A stretch of DNA of 64,000 nt from Geosiphon pyriformis uo1 (Eukaryota; Fungi; Glomeromycota). The notes under the pieces were generated by a model, which saw only the letters and a program-made list of their open reading frames with translations, was not told where the DNA came from and searched no databases. The stretch's first letter is position 1; every line of letters begins with the position of its first letter. The DNA lies in NCBI GenBank assembly GCA_016748015.1, contig JAAOMT010000375.1, positions 181,156 to 245,155 of the forward strand, in the 5' to 3' direction. Both the position numbers and the translations under genes were made by a program. Shown one piece after another: positions 38,201 through 52,021 of this stretch.

Positions 38201-38858
38201 AAATTTATTTTAATATTATTTATTATTTTTAAGTTTTAGATTTTTTTTAATAAAACAATTATTAAAATTAATATTTGTATAAAAGTTGTATTTAGTAAAA
38301 AAAACTTTTAAATATTAATATTATTATAAATATTAAAGTTAAAATTATTTTATTTTTAATTATAAATTTTTTTTTTGGTTTTTAAGATAAATTTTTAAGT
38401 TTTTTATTGTATTTTAAGTTTTTATTAATTGATTTATTAATTTAATACTTTATGTTAAAACTGTTGTTTTTTTAATAATATTTAACTTTATTTTTTTATA
38501 AATTTAAATTAATTTTTTTAAAATTTAAGTTGTGTAATTTGATTAAATTTGTGTTTAAAAAAATTAAATTCTTAAAAAATTTGGTTATTTTTTTGTAATT
38601 ATTAAAGTAAATTTTTTATAATCATTAAAAATTGGGTTGTTTTTTTAAAGACTTAAATTAAAAATTTAGCCAGTTTAAAAACAAACACAAAGCTTATTTT
38701 ATAAATATTTGTAGTTTTATTAAATATAAAAATTAAAAAAACTTCTTTCTCTTTTACCTCCAAATAATCTTCAAAGAGTGCATTTTCTGAAAAAAAAGTT
38801 TTTTATTTTTTTTGTTAAAGTTTATATCAACATTTCTTTAACTAATAACCCCTTTGTC

Positions 38859-40734
38859 ATGGATTTAAAGGCTGCTTCTAGCGGTGATATGTCTAAAAAG
38901 AAAGTATTTAAGAGTACTCTTTATGGTCCTGCTGGTGGTTTTTTTTTCCAAAAGAAAAAAGTAGTTCTTGGCAATGTTAAACATTCAGGTAATAAAAAAG
39001 ACATTTCTCTAGTTAAACTTGGTTCTGGTGGTATGTACTTGGACATGAATAATGAGTCTAGTTGTGGTAAAGACAATATAGTTATGGAGGGTGTCAACAG
39101 TAGATTTCTTTTAGGCTTGATAGCTACTACTTCTAAAGCAAAAAGAGTGAATTCCAGCATGGTTTTTGGGTCTCTTTTTGGCTCCCCCAATTATGATATA
39201 AATGAAAAAGTGGAACTCCTTTCATCCTCCCTTGGTATATCTTTGGAAAAAAAATAGATAGATTCTAAAATTGTGAAAACTCCTGTGGAAGTTTCTGTTA
39301 GGAAATCATTTGCTTTGGATATCAATCTTTTGGCAATAGAGAGCAAATTTGCTACAGCAAAGACTCAGTTCATTAGGAAAATTTTTTCAACAGTCAATAG
39401 TTTTGGGGGGGCCACTACTTCTTCAAAATTTAAAGGGATCATCTAATTAACATTTATTTCTGAAAAAAGCATGGAAGTGGTCACATTATTGGCCAAAGAA
39501 AAAGGGATCAATGTAAACAGTGATCTTAAAAGACAAGGAATGAGATTAGATTGGGCTGTAGTGATTAAGAAAATTTTCATGGACATGCCTAAGGATATGA
39601 TCATTACTGCAGTATTCAAATTTGGAAAAATTAAGTCAATCAAAATTCAACTGATTGGAATGTGGCAAAAAGCTGTGGTGGAGTTTGCTGAATTAGACCA
39701 AGCTAACTTGTTAGCCTCTAAGTAGTTATTCATGATTGGTAAGGATTTTGTATGGGTAGTCAAAGCAGTAAGAATCATGAAACTTGGGCATTGAGAGATT
39801 GATTTAAAGCACTTTTGTTTACTTTGCCAGTGGGAACGACAGCACATGATCTTGGGACTCTTCTGGAAAAGACTGGTGAGAAAACTTGCATCATAAACAG
39901 ATCTATAGAAACTGGTAATAGGACTTATTGTGCTGTAGTCAGTTTTGAATCTGATGATGATCTGGAATCTGCCTTTTGCACAAAGCTGATTATTGGCAGT
40001 ATTAAACTTTCTTGAACAAAGATAGACCTGATTCGGTGTGAGAAATGTGAGAAGTTTGGTTATTCTGCTCTGGAATGTGATGCACTTGTTGCATCCTCCT
40101 CTAAGCCTTCAAAAACATTTAAAAGGATTGTATCTAATAAATGTCGTCTTCAGTTGGCTAAGTTGTATGAGAAAAAAAGTGTTCTAATATCCCACCCTGC
40201 TGTTTTTGGTAGTAAATTTTGGGCCCAAGTAGTCTTATTTGCTGGCTCTTCTGATGATCTTCGCTTTGCTTCTGGTTCTGGTTCTTTTTTCTCTGGCACT
40301 TCAGGTTTGAATAATGGTTTCTCTCTTGTTTTGGTTGACAATTCATCTTTGGATGCTTGTTTGGCCTCTTTAGAGTGATCCTTGGAGCTGCTAACTAACC
40401 AAGTTTTAGACATCATGCACAAACTCAGCAATGTGATATTGGTGCTACAAGCTTCAGCTCCCTCTCTAAAGTCTCAGCTACTTTGATTGCTGTCAAAGAG
40501 GATTTGGTTTTGGATATGGTCATGGATGATTCTGAGTTGGTTTTTTCACTCTCCTTTTCTGCTTCTCCTAGTGTCTCACTATTGGGTCTGAGTAGTTCAA
40601 AAGTCTTGACAACCAAAATTGGCAGTTTGGAATCTAAGTTGGTGGCTCTTGAGGCTTTTGTTGGTTCGGTTTTGGCTAAGTTAGATTATTTGGGTGCTGG
40701 TTTGAGTCCTTTGTTATCCTCTTCATCTCAATGA
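38859..40734 (+). pseudogene. LINE ORF1 (RRM-like region, Zn knuckle, C-terminal coiled-coil-like region)
   Basis: MDLKAASS start, WQKAVVEF, CEKCEKFGYSALEC (~40037-40079), LESKLVALEA; interrupted by stops. Confidence 0.8.
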
Positions 40735-43700
40735 GTGGTTTGATCTGAAAGATAGCTACTTGTAATATTCAGGGCATCAATGTTCCTGCCAAGCAGGATG
40801 ATGTTATTCATTGGCATAAGGATATGGGCAACTTGATTTCAATGTTTACTGAAACTAAATTGAAGGATAAAATCCGTCTGTGGATTGCTGACAAATTTGA
40901 AGGTGTCTGTGTATTCACTTCTGGTTTGAATTATGGGTATTTGGGTGCTGGTATTGTGGTTATCATGGACTCTTCTTTGGCGAAACATGTGTGCAAGGTT
41001 TCTGAGGTGTCCAGTCGGCTTCTATTCATTAAATTGCTTTTATAAAATAAGCTTTCTGTGTCTGTTTTGGAACTGTATGTTGGTGCTTCATCTGCTGCTA
41101 GGTTTTCACAGGCTGGGAAAATCAACTTTCTCATTGCAAAAGCTGCTAATAGATCTTTTTTTGTCATCCTTGGTGGTGACTTTAATAAAGATGGTGTGAA
41201 AAGAAGTGCTAGTTTTAAGAAGTGTGTCAGTTTGGGGCTGGTCAATTCTTTGGTAGGTAGTTTGGTCATGAAGAGTCCCAGATGAAGGAACTTAAGGGGT
41301 GTAGAAAAAACAATTGATTTTGTATTGGTTTCATTAAATTTGGTCAATGTGATAGTTGATTGCAATATTATGAACATTAGTAATTACTTTGATACTGATC
41401 ATCAAGCTGTTTTTGTATCTGTAAGTCTGAGTGGTTTGCTGGACACACAGTTGAACTTTTTTCGCAGACAAGCGAATAAAGATTACTGGAAGTTTGATTT
41501 TAAAGGTGCTGATAATGCAAAGTGGAGTGAGTTTAAAAAAGCTATGGCTGCTAATGCTGTCATGTTTTCTGATAGTTTTATCACTTCTACATGATTCTTG
41601 AACTTGAATGTAATATGAAACACAATTTGCAATATTATGATGCTGTCAGCTAACAAAATATTCAGGAAGAAATGGTTTAAGAGTTATGATGGTATTTTTA
41701 CCAAGGAATCTTTTAAGTTTTATAAGCTGGAGCTTTTGGTCTTGAAGATTGTTAAGGCCTCTTATAAGAAGAATAGTAATAGATTTGCTTTTCTTATAGA
41801 ATGCTGGGATTCTTTGGACAATGTTAAGGCTTCAATTGTACAGAAAATTGTGAACTCTGGTTTAGGTTTAGATTGTGTGTGCTCAGCTTTTTTCAGTGTG
41901 CAAAAGGCATATTATGCCTTCAAGCTTGCTGAGTCTATATGAGCTGAAGAGTCAAGAATAAGGTCAGCTGTTAATAATTGAATGGAGAATTTTGCAGTCA
42001 ACAAAGGTAGCACAATCAGGAGTGTGCTAGAGCATCCTTTTCGGAAGGTGGTTTTGGACCATCTGGTGGTTGAGGATAAACTAATTCTGGAGCCAGACCT
42101 GGTTAAGGCAAAGATTGACACAATTATGGAAGACTGGACCAAAAAGCATAATGTGGTGGGAGATTTTTCCAGTGGTTGGTCACATCAATATTAGTCTTTG
42201 AAGTATGTTTTTGATAATGCCTTTTCAAATATGATGTGTTTGGTTAATTTTAATAAGCTGCTTGGTGTGGTTTCTAATCTGCCTGATGGCAAAGCTGCTG
42301 GTCTTTCTGGAGTGTCAAATGAACTTTAAAAGCATTGTGACAAATCAGTTTTAGATATGTTTCTGGTGCTTTTAAACTCTTGTTTGTCTTATGAGTTGGT
42401 GCCTAGTGCTTGGAAAGAAGCTTGGGTCTCGATAATTTCTAAACCATATGAGTGGGAAGGAGTTCTTACAAACACCCAGTCTATTGCTTGGATTGAAACT
42501 GCCTGCAAAATGCTTTCCAAGATTCTCTCGAACAGGATTTCTTTGGCATACAGCTCTTTTGATGTTTTATGTGGGAACAATTTCTCAGTTTTTAAGAGTA
42601 TGACAACACAATCTCCTATTTTTGCTATTGGTTCTGTTATTAAGGATGCTTTGGAAAAAAACCGTGAGCTCTGATTAGTCTTGTAAGACATGAGAAAAGC
42701 CTATAACTCTGTCAGGTGAAAGCATCTTAAGAACAGTTTGGTCAGAATAAAGATGTGTGACAAGTTCATTAAATTTTTTGGTGGTATTTACAATGGTCGT
42801 GTTAATAAAGTGATGACAGATTTTGGTTTAACAGATGGATATCAAGTACATAATAGTTTGGATTAGGAAAAAGTGTTCTCACCACTTCTTTGGCATATAT
42901 TTTATAATTCTCTTTTGTGTGAAATTAAAAGACAGAAAAGCATATATGGATATAAAATAAACTCTTACTTTGTTGTCAAGACTGGTCATTTAGAATCTCA
43001 GACTGAATTGACATTTTTTCTTGCTGCTGGTGCTTTTGTTGATGACACTATCTGAATTGGTAGTAGTCAAACTGTGATCCAACATATTCTCAATATTGCT
43101 AGTAAATTTTTTCAAATCAATGACATTTCTATCAACAATAACAAAACAGTGGCACGTCCCAATTTGTCTATTAGTGGTTTACTTATTTCCATTGCCAAGA
43201 AAGGAGAGTCTTATCAATACCTGAAAATTTTTCTGTTAACTAAGAGTTTGTTGAGACCTAGTCTGGCTAAAGCAGATACTGATGTCAGATTTTTTGCCAA
43301 TATGGTTCTAAGGAAGGCCATTTCTGATAAGCAGTTTTCATATCTTGTGTCAGCAGTTCTTCATCCCATTGTCAGCTACAGGACACAGTTCAGTTTTGTT
43401 TCTATCAGTATATGTAATAAGTGGAATTTTTTAATTTGCAGGAGCTTAAAGCTGAAGTCTGATCTACCTCTCAATTTTCCCAATGATGTGCTTTGTCATC
43501 TCTCATTGTATGGCTTAAAAACTTTCAAGCAGGTCTAAGTTAAAAGCAAAGTTGCTTCTATTGTGTGCTTTGCAAACTCTGTTGGAATTTTGGGTCATTT
43601 GTTTTTACACAGGTCCCATAACTTGCAGGTTCTGTCCTGAAGCTTACTTCACCCTTTAGCATCCCCAGTTTGTATTAAAGTCAGTGTTTCTAATAATTTT

Positions 43701-45383
43701 TTGGCAGGTGTGGTTCATGTTTTTCTTGAGTGCAATATATCTTTGGGTGGTTAAGTGAACAATGCTTTCTGTTTTCGCAGTAATACTCCCATGTCATCTG
43801 TTTTTGGCAGATCTGACTACTTTGGTTGTCTTCCATCTCTTTGGAAATATGGTATTGCTTTTGTTGAACAGCTTTGCTGTAAAAATAGAGCTGTTTTTGA
43901 TTGAAAAACATTCAAGCATTGGAAAAGACTGGACTCACATAGACCTGTTCCTGAATAATTTAGGCTTTTTGTTGGCTTTCTTGATAGTGTAGCCTCTTTC
44001 TCTGCCCATTTTTCTTCTGTAGTTGGTATTGAGCATTTGGATATTTTGGAATCTAGTAAGTTTGGACTGATTTCTAATTGATTGCTGGATCTCAAAACTG
44101 ACAGTCTTTCCATTTATACAGATGGATCTCTGAAGGAATTGGGGAGTGCTGACATGAGAACTAGTGCTGTGGTTTTTTTTAAAGATATAAGCTTGGGTTT
44201 AGAAGTCAGAGTTTCTGGTATGATGTCTTCTACTTTGGCTGAATTGCAGGCCATCGCATTGGCTTTTGAGTGTGTTCCTCCTAATAGCTCAGTTGGTGTC
44301 TATTCGGACAGTCAGACTGTCTTGGATGCTTGCAAATCAGAATTAGGTTTGATTTATCCGGATTTTAAGAATTGCTGTTGAATTGAGCATTAACACATTG
44401 TAAACATTATTAAAAAAAAGGATTTAAGTATCAGCTGGCACAAAGTGTGGGGCCATTTGGATGTCATAGGCAACAAACATGCTGATGCAGCTTCTCTTTC
44501 TCCCTGGTATCTTGTTCTGTGTGTGAATGAGCATTATATTTTGGCTGATGAGAATGTTGTTTCTGGTAATTCTAGACATTTTGTTTGTAAGATCTTTCAG
44601 TCTATTCAATGTGTATGTTGAGAGGTTGGTTTGGGTTCTAAGGTTTTGAATAGCAGTCTGTATTCAGACATTGATTGGTTTAGATTGTCATTGGTATGGC
44701 ATCCAGACTTGCACATGGCTGTTGGCTTCACTAGCAAATTTATGGCTGGTGTTTACACATATTTCATAAAAGCCCTACACCATCAGTTGCCGGTTGCTAT
44801 TTGGAAGCAATTGTATAACAGATGCTATCTCAGTGTGCTGTGTTTGTATTATAACAAGATTAAGGTTTCTGACCATGTCTTTTTTTGTGCAGTAGATGAT
44901 TCTGCTTATTGTCACTTGTTGAATGCTCATGCTGCTGCTTGGTGTTTTCTTTCTGGTCATTCCACTTTCTCTTCAAGTGTTTCTCAACTTTTGTTTTCCT
45001 GTGCTTCAAATGTTGTGGTTTGCATGGCTCTTTGCAAGGGCTTTGTTTTTAAGAATTGGTTTTAGAAAGCTGTGTCTGTCTTTGGAGGTGGCAAAATAGC
45101 TGATCAAAAAATTGTGAAATTTGTGTATGGCTTGTGTCTTGCCTTTAGGGACAAGGTTTGGTCAGTCTATGCTAAGCATCATGTCTGCATGGAAAAAAGT
45201 GGAATGATACCTAGTGACGATTCAGCTATGGTTTCAATTTCAGGGCTGTCTGCTTTGCTTTCTGCAGGTGTTGTTAAGTTGCTGGGTATTGCTGAGGCAT
45301 TTGGTGTTGGTTTTGGTTTTTGTAAGTCTTGTTTGTTTTTCTCAGGTATTGGAAACTCAGTCTTGGTGCATATAGATGTTTAA
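40731..45383 (+). pseudogene. LINE ORF2: apurinic-like endonuclease, RT, RNase H, C-terminal Zn finger
   Basis: IATCNIQG, TETKL, LGGDFN, IDFVL, TDH (APE); GAFVDD (RT); IYTDGSL, LAELQAI, YSDSQ (RNase H); CLYYNKIKVSDHVFFC. Confidence 0.92.
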
Positions 45384-45849
45384 TGTGGTCTTGATTGGTC
45401 CAAATGGCTGGTCGCATGTAGAAAATGCATGATTCACACCTAGTTTAGATCAATCAATTGATGTATTGTACTAAGTAGTGTTTAGACCTTGCTTGTAAAA
45501 TATTAATAAAAAAAAATTACATAATATATAGATATATAAAAAAATAAAATATAATTTTACAAAAATATAATTAAAAAATAAATATATAAGTATATTAAAA
45601 ATAAATAAATATTTGTTAATTATTTTAATAAGATTAAAGTATTAATTTAAAAATAAATATTTATTTATTAACTTAAATTCAAATAGTTAATTACATATTA
45701 AAATGCATAATTTATGTATATATTATAAATTAAAACAGAATTTGAGTTGATTTAAAATTTTAATTTAATACTGTATTGATTCTAAATTAACTTAACTAAT
45801 TATATTATTTGGTTAATTGACCAGTATTATAAGTAAACTTAATAGAATA

Positions 45850-46919
45850 TTGTGGTAATATTTGGTGCTCTAAATTTAGATAAAGAAAGCTTGAAAATTT
45901 TTATTTTATATACTTAAAGTGAGTTGTTAATATTAGTCTTTAAAGGTTTTTTACTAATTTTACACATGGTGTTTTTTGGTTATAAGACACAAAAAGATGT
46001 TTTGGCTATTTGTAACTTAAATATATAAGCTATCTTCTTCAAGTTAGTCAAACACAATTACTAGAATTTGGTAGTGTTTTTTTGCTTTTTTGGTAAGCTA
46101 ACAAGATAATATTAATACTTAATCCTAAAAAAAACTTTTTTTTTTTACCAGACTATTATAAAGTTTATTCCCAAACAATTGATTTTATAATGTTGCCACT
46201 GCACAAAAAAGAAAAAAAAAAGATAAATAAAAATAAAAAAAGATTAGTTTTATCAATTACTGTAATCAAAAATAATTAGTTTAAGTTATTATTATTCAAG
46301 ATGGTTTTATGTTAAAAACATCTAACCAGAAATAAAGATAAGAAAATAATTAATTTTGATTAAACACAGAATTCATAAATTATGTATGAGTGAGCTTGGG
46401 TTTTAAATAGTTTTTTTATTTATAGTAATATAAATATATAGATAAAATAGATTTAACAGATATAAGTAAAAGAATATATTTTTCTATTTGTCTGTTTTTT
46501 TTTCTATTACTAAAACTATTTGTTTTTATACATATTTCTAGTTTTATAAAATTGTTTTTAATTATTTGTTATTATTAGCTATTATTTATTATTTCTGTTA
46601 TTGCTTTATTTTTTTATACTATAACTAGTTATTTTATGTTATAAATAGTTATTCTGTGTTATTTTATATTATTGTGTATTATTTTGTATTATTTTAAGTT
46701 ATAATGTATTATTTTGTATTATTATATTTTTTTAAGTTATTATGTTTTTAATTATGTTTTTTTCAATATTTTTTAAATTGGTTTTTCTACTCAGATAAAA
46801 TTATCTCATTTTTTTAGAATTAAGCTTCTGTAAGATTATATGTATTTTTAAAAATTGTTTTTTTGGTATAATATTCAATTATTGTGTCAAGTATTGCTTT
46901 TTGTAAATTTTTAAACTGT
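45850..46919 (-). repeat. Possible relic 3' end/LTR of an older LTR element
   Basis: Degenerate ATTTTGTATT tandem units at ~46620-46760 and a PPT/pre-PPT-like TTATCTCATTTTTTTAGAATTAAGCTTCTG at 46801; too decayed to delimit. Confidence 0.3.
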
Positions 46920-47676
46920 TGTTACAGGTGATTATTTGGGATCTCAAAACAAATAACAAACTCATAACTTGATGCTTAATAGCTGATGCAATTGATATTA
47001 TCTGGAGGTTTTGGTATTTAAAAATTTTGGTAAAGTTTTTTGTATAAATAAACAGAAATTTAATGATTGTTTTATTCATAGCTTCTCAGAATTACAATTT
47101 TATTTAATTTTTTTTTTTAGCATGGTGACCAGTTTATTCTGGCAGTTATGTCTTTCTGGTAAGCTATCCTTAATTTTCAAGTTCTTTACTTTTGTTTTAC
47201 AGATCTTTTACCAGGCTATTCTTAACATTAATAACTCAGTGCTTAATTTCTTTAATCAGTTAGTAAGTCAACACAACAAAAAAAACTAAAATAAAAAAAA
47301 GAAAATAAGTCAAGGCAAATAAGTTAGTATTTTGTTAATAACTGTAATCAAGAGTTATTATTCCAGTATGATTAAAAATTGGATTCTATCAACATGTAGT
47401 GTTAATAATGAGAAGAGTAATTTAGATGGTAAATAGTTATTTTATTGATATTAATAATTTTATTCTGGAAAATCTGTCTTTTTTGCTTTTAATGTTCTTA
47501 CTATATATACATAATTTGGGTTTTACAAAATTGCTCACATTTTCAAGCAATGTGTCATGATTTTCTGACAATGCTCCACATTGCTAAGCAATATGTTCAT
47601 GTGTTAATTACTATTTTCTTATTGGTCTATTTGTTTTTTCTACTATTTTTTTTGTATGTTTTTTTTATAAGTAATA
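46920..47676 (-). repeat. Family B 3' LTR of B1
   Basis: TGTTACAGG start matches 58690; the other end GTAATA (from GTAACA) is followed by the PPT complement. Confidence 0.8.
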
Positions 47677-50600
47677 TTATCTCCTTCTTTTAATATTAAG
47701 CTCTGTCAAAATCTTCATTTTAAATTAAGTTTATGACTTTTTTTTCTAATATTGTTTGTTTGACTCTGTTTTTTATATCTTTAATTTGTGTGTTATTCAT
47801 TTTTCTTCATTGGTTAATGGTTATTGTTTTTATGTCAGGGTGTAGCAATATTTTTGGATAGTTTTGAAATATCATATATAGTCAATAGATTGTTTTGATG
47901 TGTAGTGTCAGATTTGTTTTCTTTTCAATAATATCTTTAATGTTCTGTATTATCTCTGAATTGAATATTCTTTTAGATTTATTAAGATATAATTTCTGAA
48001 TATTTGATTTTTGTCCCAAATGATAGTAACAGTATAGTATTGGAAGTTGTTTCATCTACTGATTTTAATTTTTTTTTGTGAATTCCTTGATTGAAACCAT
48101 GATGGGTATTTTTCCAAAAGTGGTTTTTACTTTTTTTATTATTTTATCTGACTAGTTTTTTGTTTGGTTCTGTAGTTACTAATATGGTATATTTTTTGCT
48201 TTTTTTTTTGCTTGGTGTTTTGATAGCAAATTGTTTGATGATTGACAACAATTTCTATGTCCAATTGTTGTTAGTTTAAGACCTAAAATAATTGTTAGAT
48301 TAAGGTGTGGATATGGTCTGGTATTTCCATTTTTCTTTGTTGTTTTTGTTATATCTACTATGTTTTTATATACTTTTGGTCAATCAATTTAATGCATTTG
48401 AATCAATAATTATAATTGGTTTCAGATCTTGTAAAATCTCATTTGGTTGGACTAGTATTTGTTGTACTTTTAATTGTAGAATATTACTTGTAACTGATGA
48501 TGCTATATTGTGATATGATTTTAGTTAATTACTATGTGCTGTTTTGGCTAAAATTTTGTTGTCCCATCTTAATTTATAAGCTTTATTTTCTAAAATTTTT
48601 TCTATGTAAAATAATCCATCCCATTTGGAGTCAAATTTTCTACTCCATTGTTTTTCTACTTTGGTATAATGCAAAAATACTTTGTCTTCAATCTTGAATT
48701 TCACTGGTTTATCTGGTAACTGGTTATTATGTCATTTTTTTTGTTTTTCTTGTGACTTTTGAATGTTATCAGCTGCTCTTTATTACTTGTTTTTTAGTAT
48801 TTCTATTAAGTTATATGTTTTTTTCAACAGAATTTCTTGGAAATTATCTTTTATTATTGGTTCTATTAGATATGTATTGACTTTTATCTCAATTGGTAAT
48901 GTTGCTGTTTTATCATATACTAAATTAAATGATGTTTTTTGTGTGGTATCTTGCTTCATTGTTTAATAAGCAAATAGTACTGATAATATAAACAAATTCC
49001 ATTTGTTCTGGTTTTTTTGACTGATTTTGGCTATTGCTTTACACAATGTTCTGTTGAATCTTTCTACTAAACCATTTATTTGTGAATGATATGATAATAA
49101 TAATGGTCTTTTGATTCTAAATTTTTGGCTTAATTCTGTTAATGTTCTGTTTACAAAATGAGTTTTTTGATCCAATAACATTTTTTTTGAACATCTATGT
49201 CGACAAATCAGATCTTGGTGAATGAATTTGGCTATGGATTCTGCATCTGCTCTTTGAATTGCTTTTGCCTCTGGCCATTTTGTGAGATAGTCTATGGCTA
49301 CTGCTATATAACAATTGCCTTTGCTGATTATTGTTAATGGTCTAACTAAGTCAATTTCAATTTTGTTAAATAGTTGTTTCACTTTAATTGGTCTTAGTAG
49401 TTTAATAGGTCTTGTTCCTTTTCTTTTTTGACAAACATCACAATTTTGAATGTATTAAATAATATCTGGATATATTGATGACCAATAATATTTTTTTCTG
49501 GTTTTTTTTATGGTTGCTTCTTTATAAAAGTGTTCTGTTATTGGATCCAAGTGTATGTTGTATAATATTGTTTCTTTTTCTGATTTTGTAATTACTCTAA
49601 GTAGTTGATTTGGTTTTTTTCTGTTTTTCTAATATAATATATTTTGGTGGATGATAAAATATTTGGATTGTTGTTTTATGTTGTTTCATTCTTTTGGAGA
49701 TAATTTCTTCTTAAACTGCTGAGTATTAATATAGTGTTGGAGTTGTTAATATTTTTGTGTATTCATTTTTTGTTATATTTTTGGTTTGAAATGTTCTTAA
49801 GTTTGTTTTATTTGTAACAAACTGTCAGCATTTCCATTTTTTTTTCTCTTTTTATAGTGTATTATATATTTGAATAGTAAAAGTTTTATTTTCTATCTGA
49901 CATGGCAGTTATCTCTAAATTTTTGCTTCTGGATTGATGTCAATTCTTTGTAATTAATGTATATGTCAAATTTTTGACTTAAGTATGCTTTCTATTTTAT
50001 GACTGCTCAATAAATAGTTAAGTGTTCTAGCACTGGTGTTCCATAGTTTTTTTTAGCTGGACTTAAACTTCAGCTGGCATATGTTACTGGGTGTTCTCTT
50101 TTGTTTGTTCCTCTCTGTGACAATACTGCTCCCAATGCTTGACCAGATACATTAGTGGTAATAATAAATGGCTTGCTGTAATCTGGATAGATTAATACTA
50201 GTGCTTGAATAAACTTTCTTTTTAAAGTGTCAAAAGCTTCTTGCTGAATTTTAGTCTATTCATATTTCACATTTTTGTTTGGAGTTAATAAAGTGGTTGA
50301 GCCAGTTTGGAAAAGTTCTGAATAAAGTGGCAGTAATATTTAGCAAATCCCAAAAATGTTTGTAGTTCCATCAAGTTTGTTGGTACTGGAAAGTTTTTTA
50401 CTATCTCAATTTTATTTGAATCTGTTTTAATACTATCTTTGCTTATAACATGTTCTAAAAATTTCAATTCTGTTTTGCTGAAAAAACACTTAGTTGCATT
50501 CAGTTTTAATACTGCTTTTCTTAACCTTTTAAACACTTACTAAAGATAATACAAATGATCATCAAATATTCTTGAAAACATATTGGTGTTATCTAAATAT

Positions 50601-51619
50601 ACAACTATTGATTTCTATAGCAGTTTGGTATAGACAATTTCCACAAGTCATTGAAAAATGACTGGAATATTGGTTAAGCTAAATGGCATAACTTCAAATT
50701 CAAAATTTTTTTCTTTGGTAGTGAACACAGTTTTTTCTTTGTCAGCTGAATTTATGGCTACTTGCCAATAATTACTATTTAAATCCAATGTTAAGAACCA
50801 TTTTTTTCCTCCAAAAGCATTAAACAATTCTTGAATTTGTGGAATTGAATAGTTATCTCTACAAATAACACTATTGAGTTTTCTATAATTCACACAAAAG
50901 CAGATTTTTCCATTTTTTTTATGGACTAGTACCACTAATAATAACTATGGACTCATTAAAAGTTGAATTAATCTATTGTTTAATATCTGGTTAATTTTTT
51001 GTCAGATGATTTTATAATTGGCTAGTAGTACTCAGTATACTTGTTGTTTAATTGGCATAGTATTTCCTGTCTTAATTTGATGCTAAATAATATCAGTTCT
51101 ACCAAATTTGTTTTCACTTGTGAAGATATTAGTAAAATTGTTAAATAACATTTTGAGCTACATTCTTTGAAGTAGGTTTAGATTTTCCAAGTTCATTTGT
51201 TTTAATTATTCCAGTTGGAGCAAATAGCATTTCTTTCATTCATATATGGTTTGTGATGTAATATTCACATATTTACACAGTTGTGAAAAATCTGAAATGG
51301 TGCTTGGCAGTTGGTCTTTAATTTTAGTGTTTAAATAATTGATAGTGGTTTTGCTTGGTATTTTAATGGTGTTTTCAGTTGTGTTATGGATGGAGATTTT
51401 AATGTGTTTGTTATTTTTAGCTAGTATATATAGATTGGTAATAGCAATCTCTTCTGATTCACAAATCCTGGCTTCCACTTTAAAAATTTGGAGTTGATTT
51501 TTCATTTTTCTTTCTATAGCTATTAAATACTAATTATATAACAGAATAAAAATTGATTGATGAGTAAAAATAATTTCTCTCTTGTCAACAACTTTTTTTT
51601 TGACCATATTAACTAGTAC

Positions 51620-52021
51620 ATCTATTCTATCTGTGGATCTGAATCCACTTATTTTTCTTACTGTTATCTTTAATTCTTCTCTTTTTCTTACTAATACTAA
51701 CTAAGCTATTTAAATCAGAGATAAGAATATTGTCTGTGTTATTTTTTTATTTGGTTCAATGATATATTCTTTTTCTGAGTCATTTTGTAGCATTGTAATA
51801 ATATTTCTTATATATCTTGTATTAATTATTTCTCTTTTTATATTAATATTCTTTTTTACTAAACTACTCTTAAATGTTAGTTGAACCATTATTGTTGCTA
51901 AAATTTTCAGTGCTACTTTTAAATCAATACAGGTGTGCAAATGTGGTTCTAATTTGATGGCATTTTTTTTTAGATATTTCAAATTAAATTCTGTATTGGT
52001 GTTATGCATGTGTTCTGACAT
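51620..52021 (-). pseudogene. Degenerate dUTPase domain within B1 pol
   Basis: Colinear with 63543-63938 (KLEPH, IDLKVAL, LQNDSEK); GFRSTD from GFGSTG. Confidence 0.85.

Larger units (their letters stand above)
38780..45516 (+). mobile_element. Near-full-length non-LTR retrotransposon (LINE) with RNase H; 5' boundary approximate
   Basis: ORF1 plus ORF2 (APE-RT-RH-CCHC), then AATAAA/A-run at 45505-45516. Confidence 0.9.
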
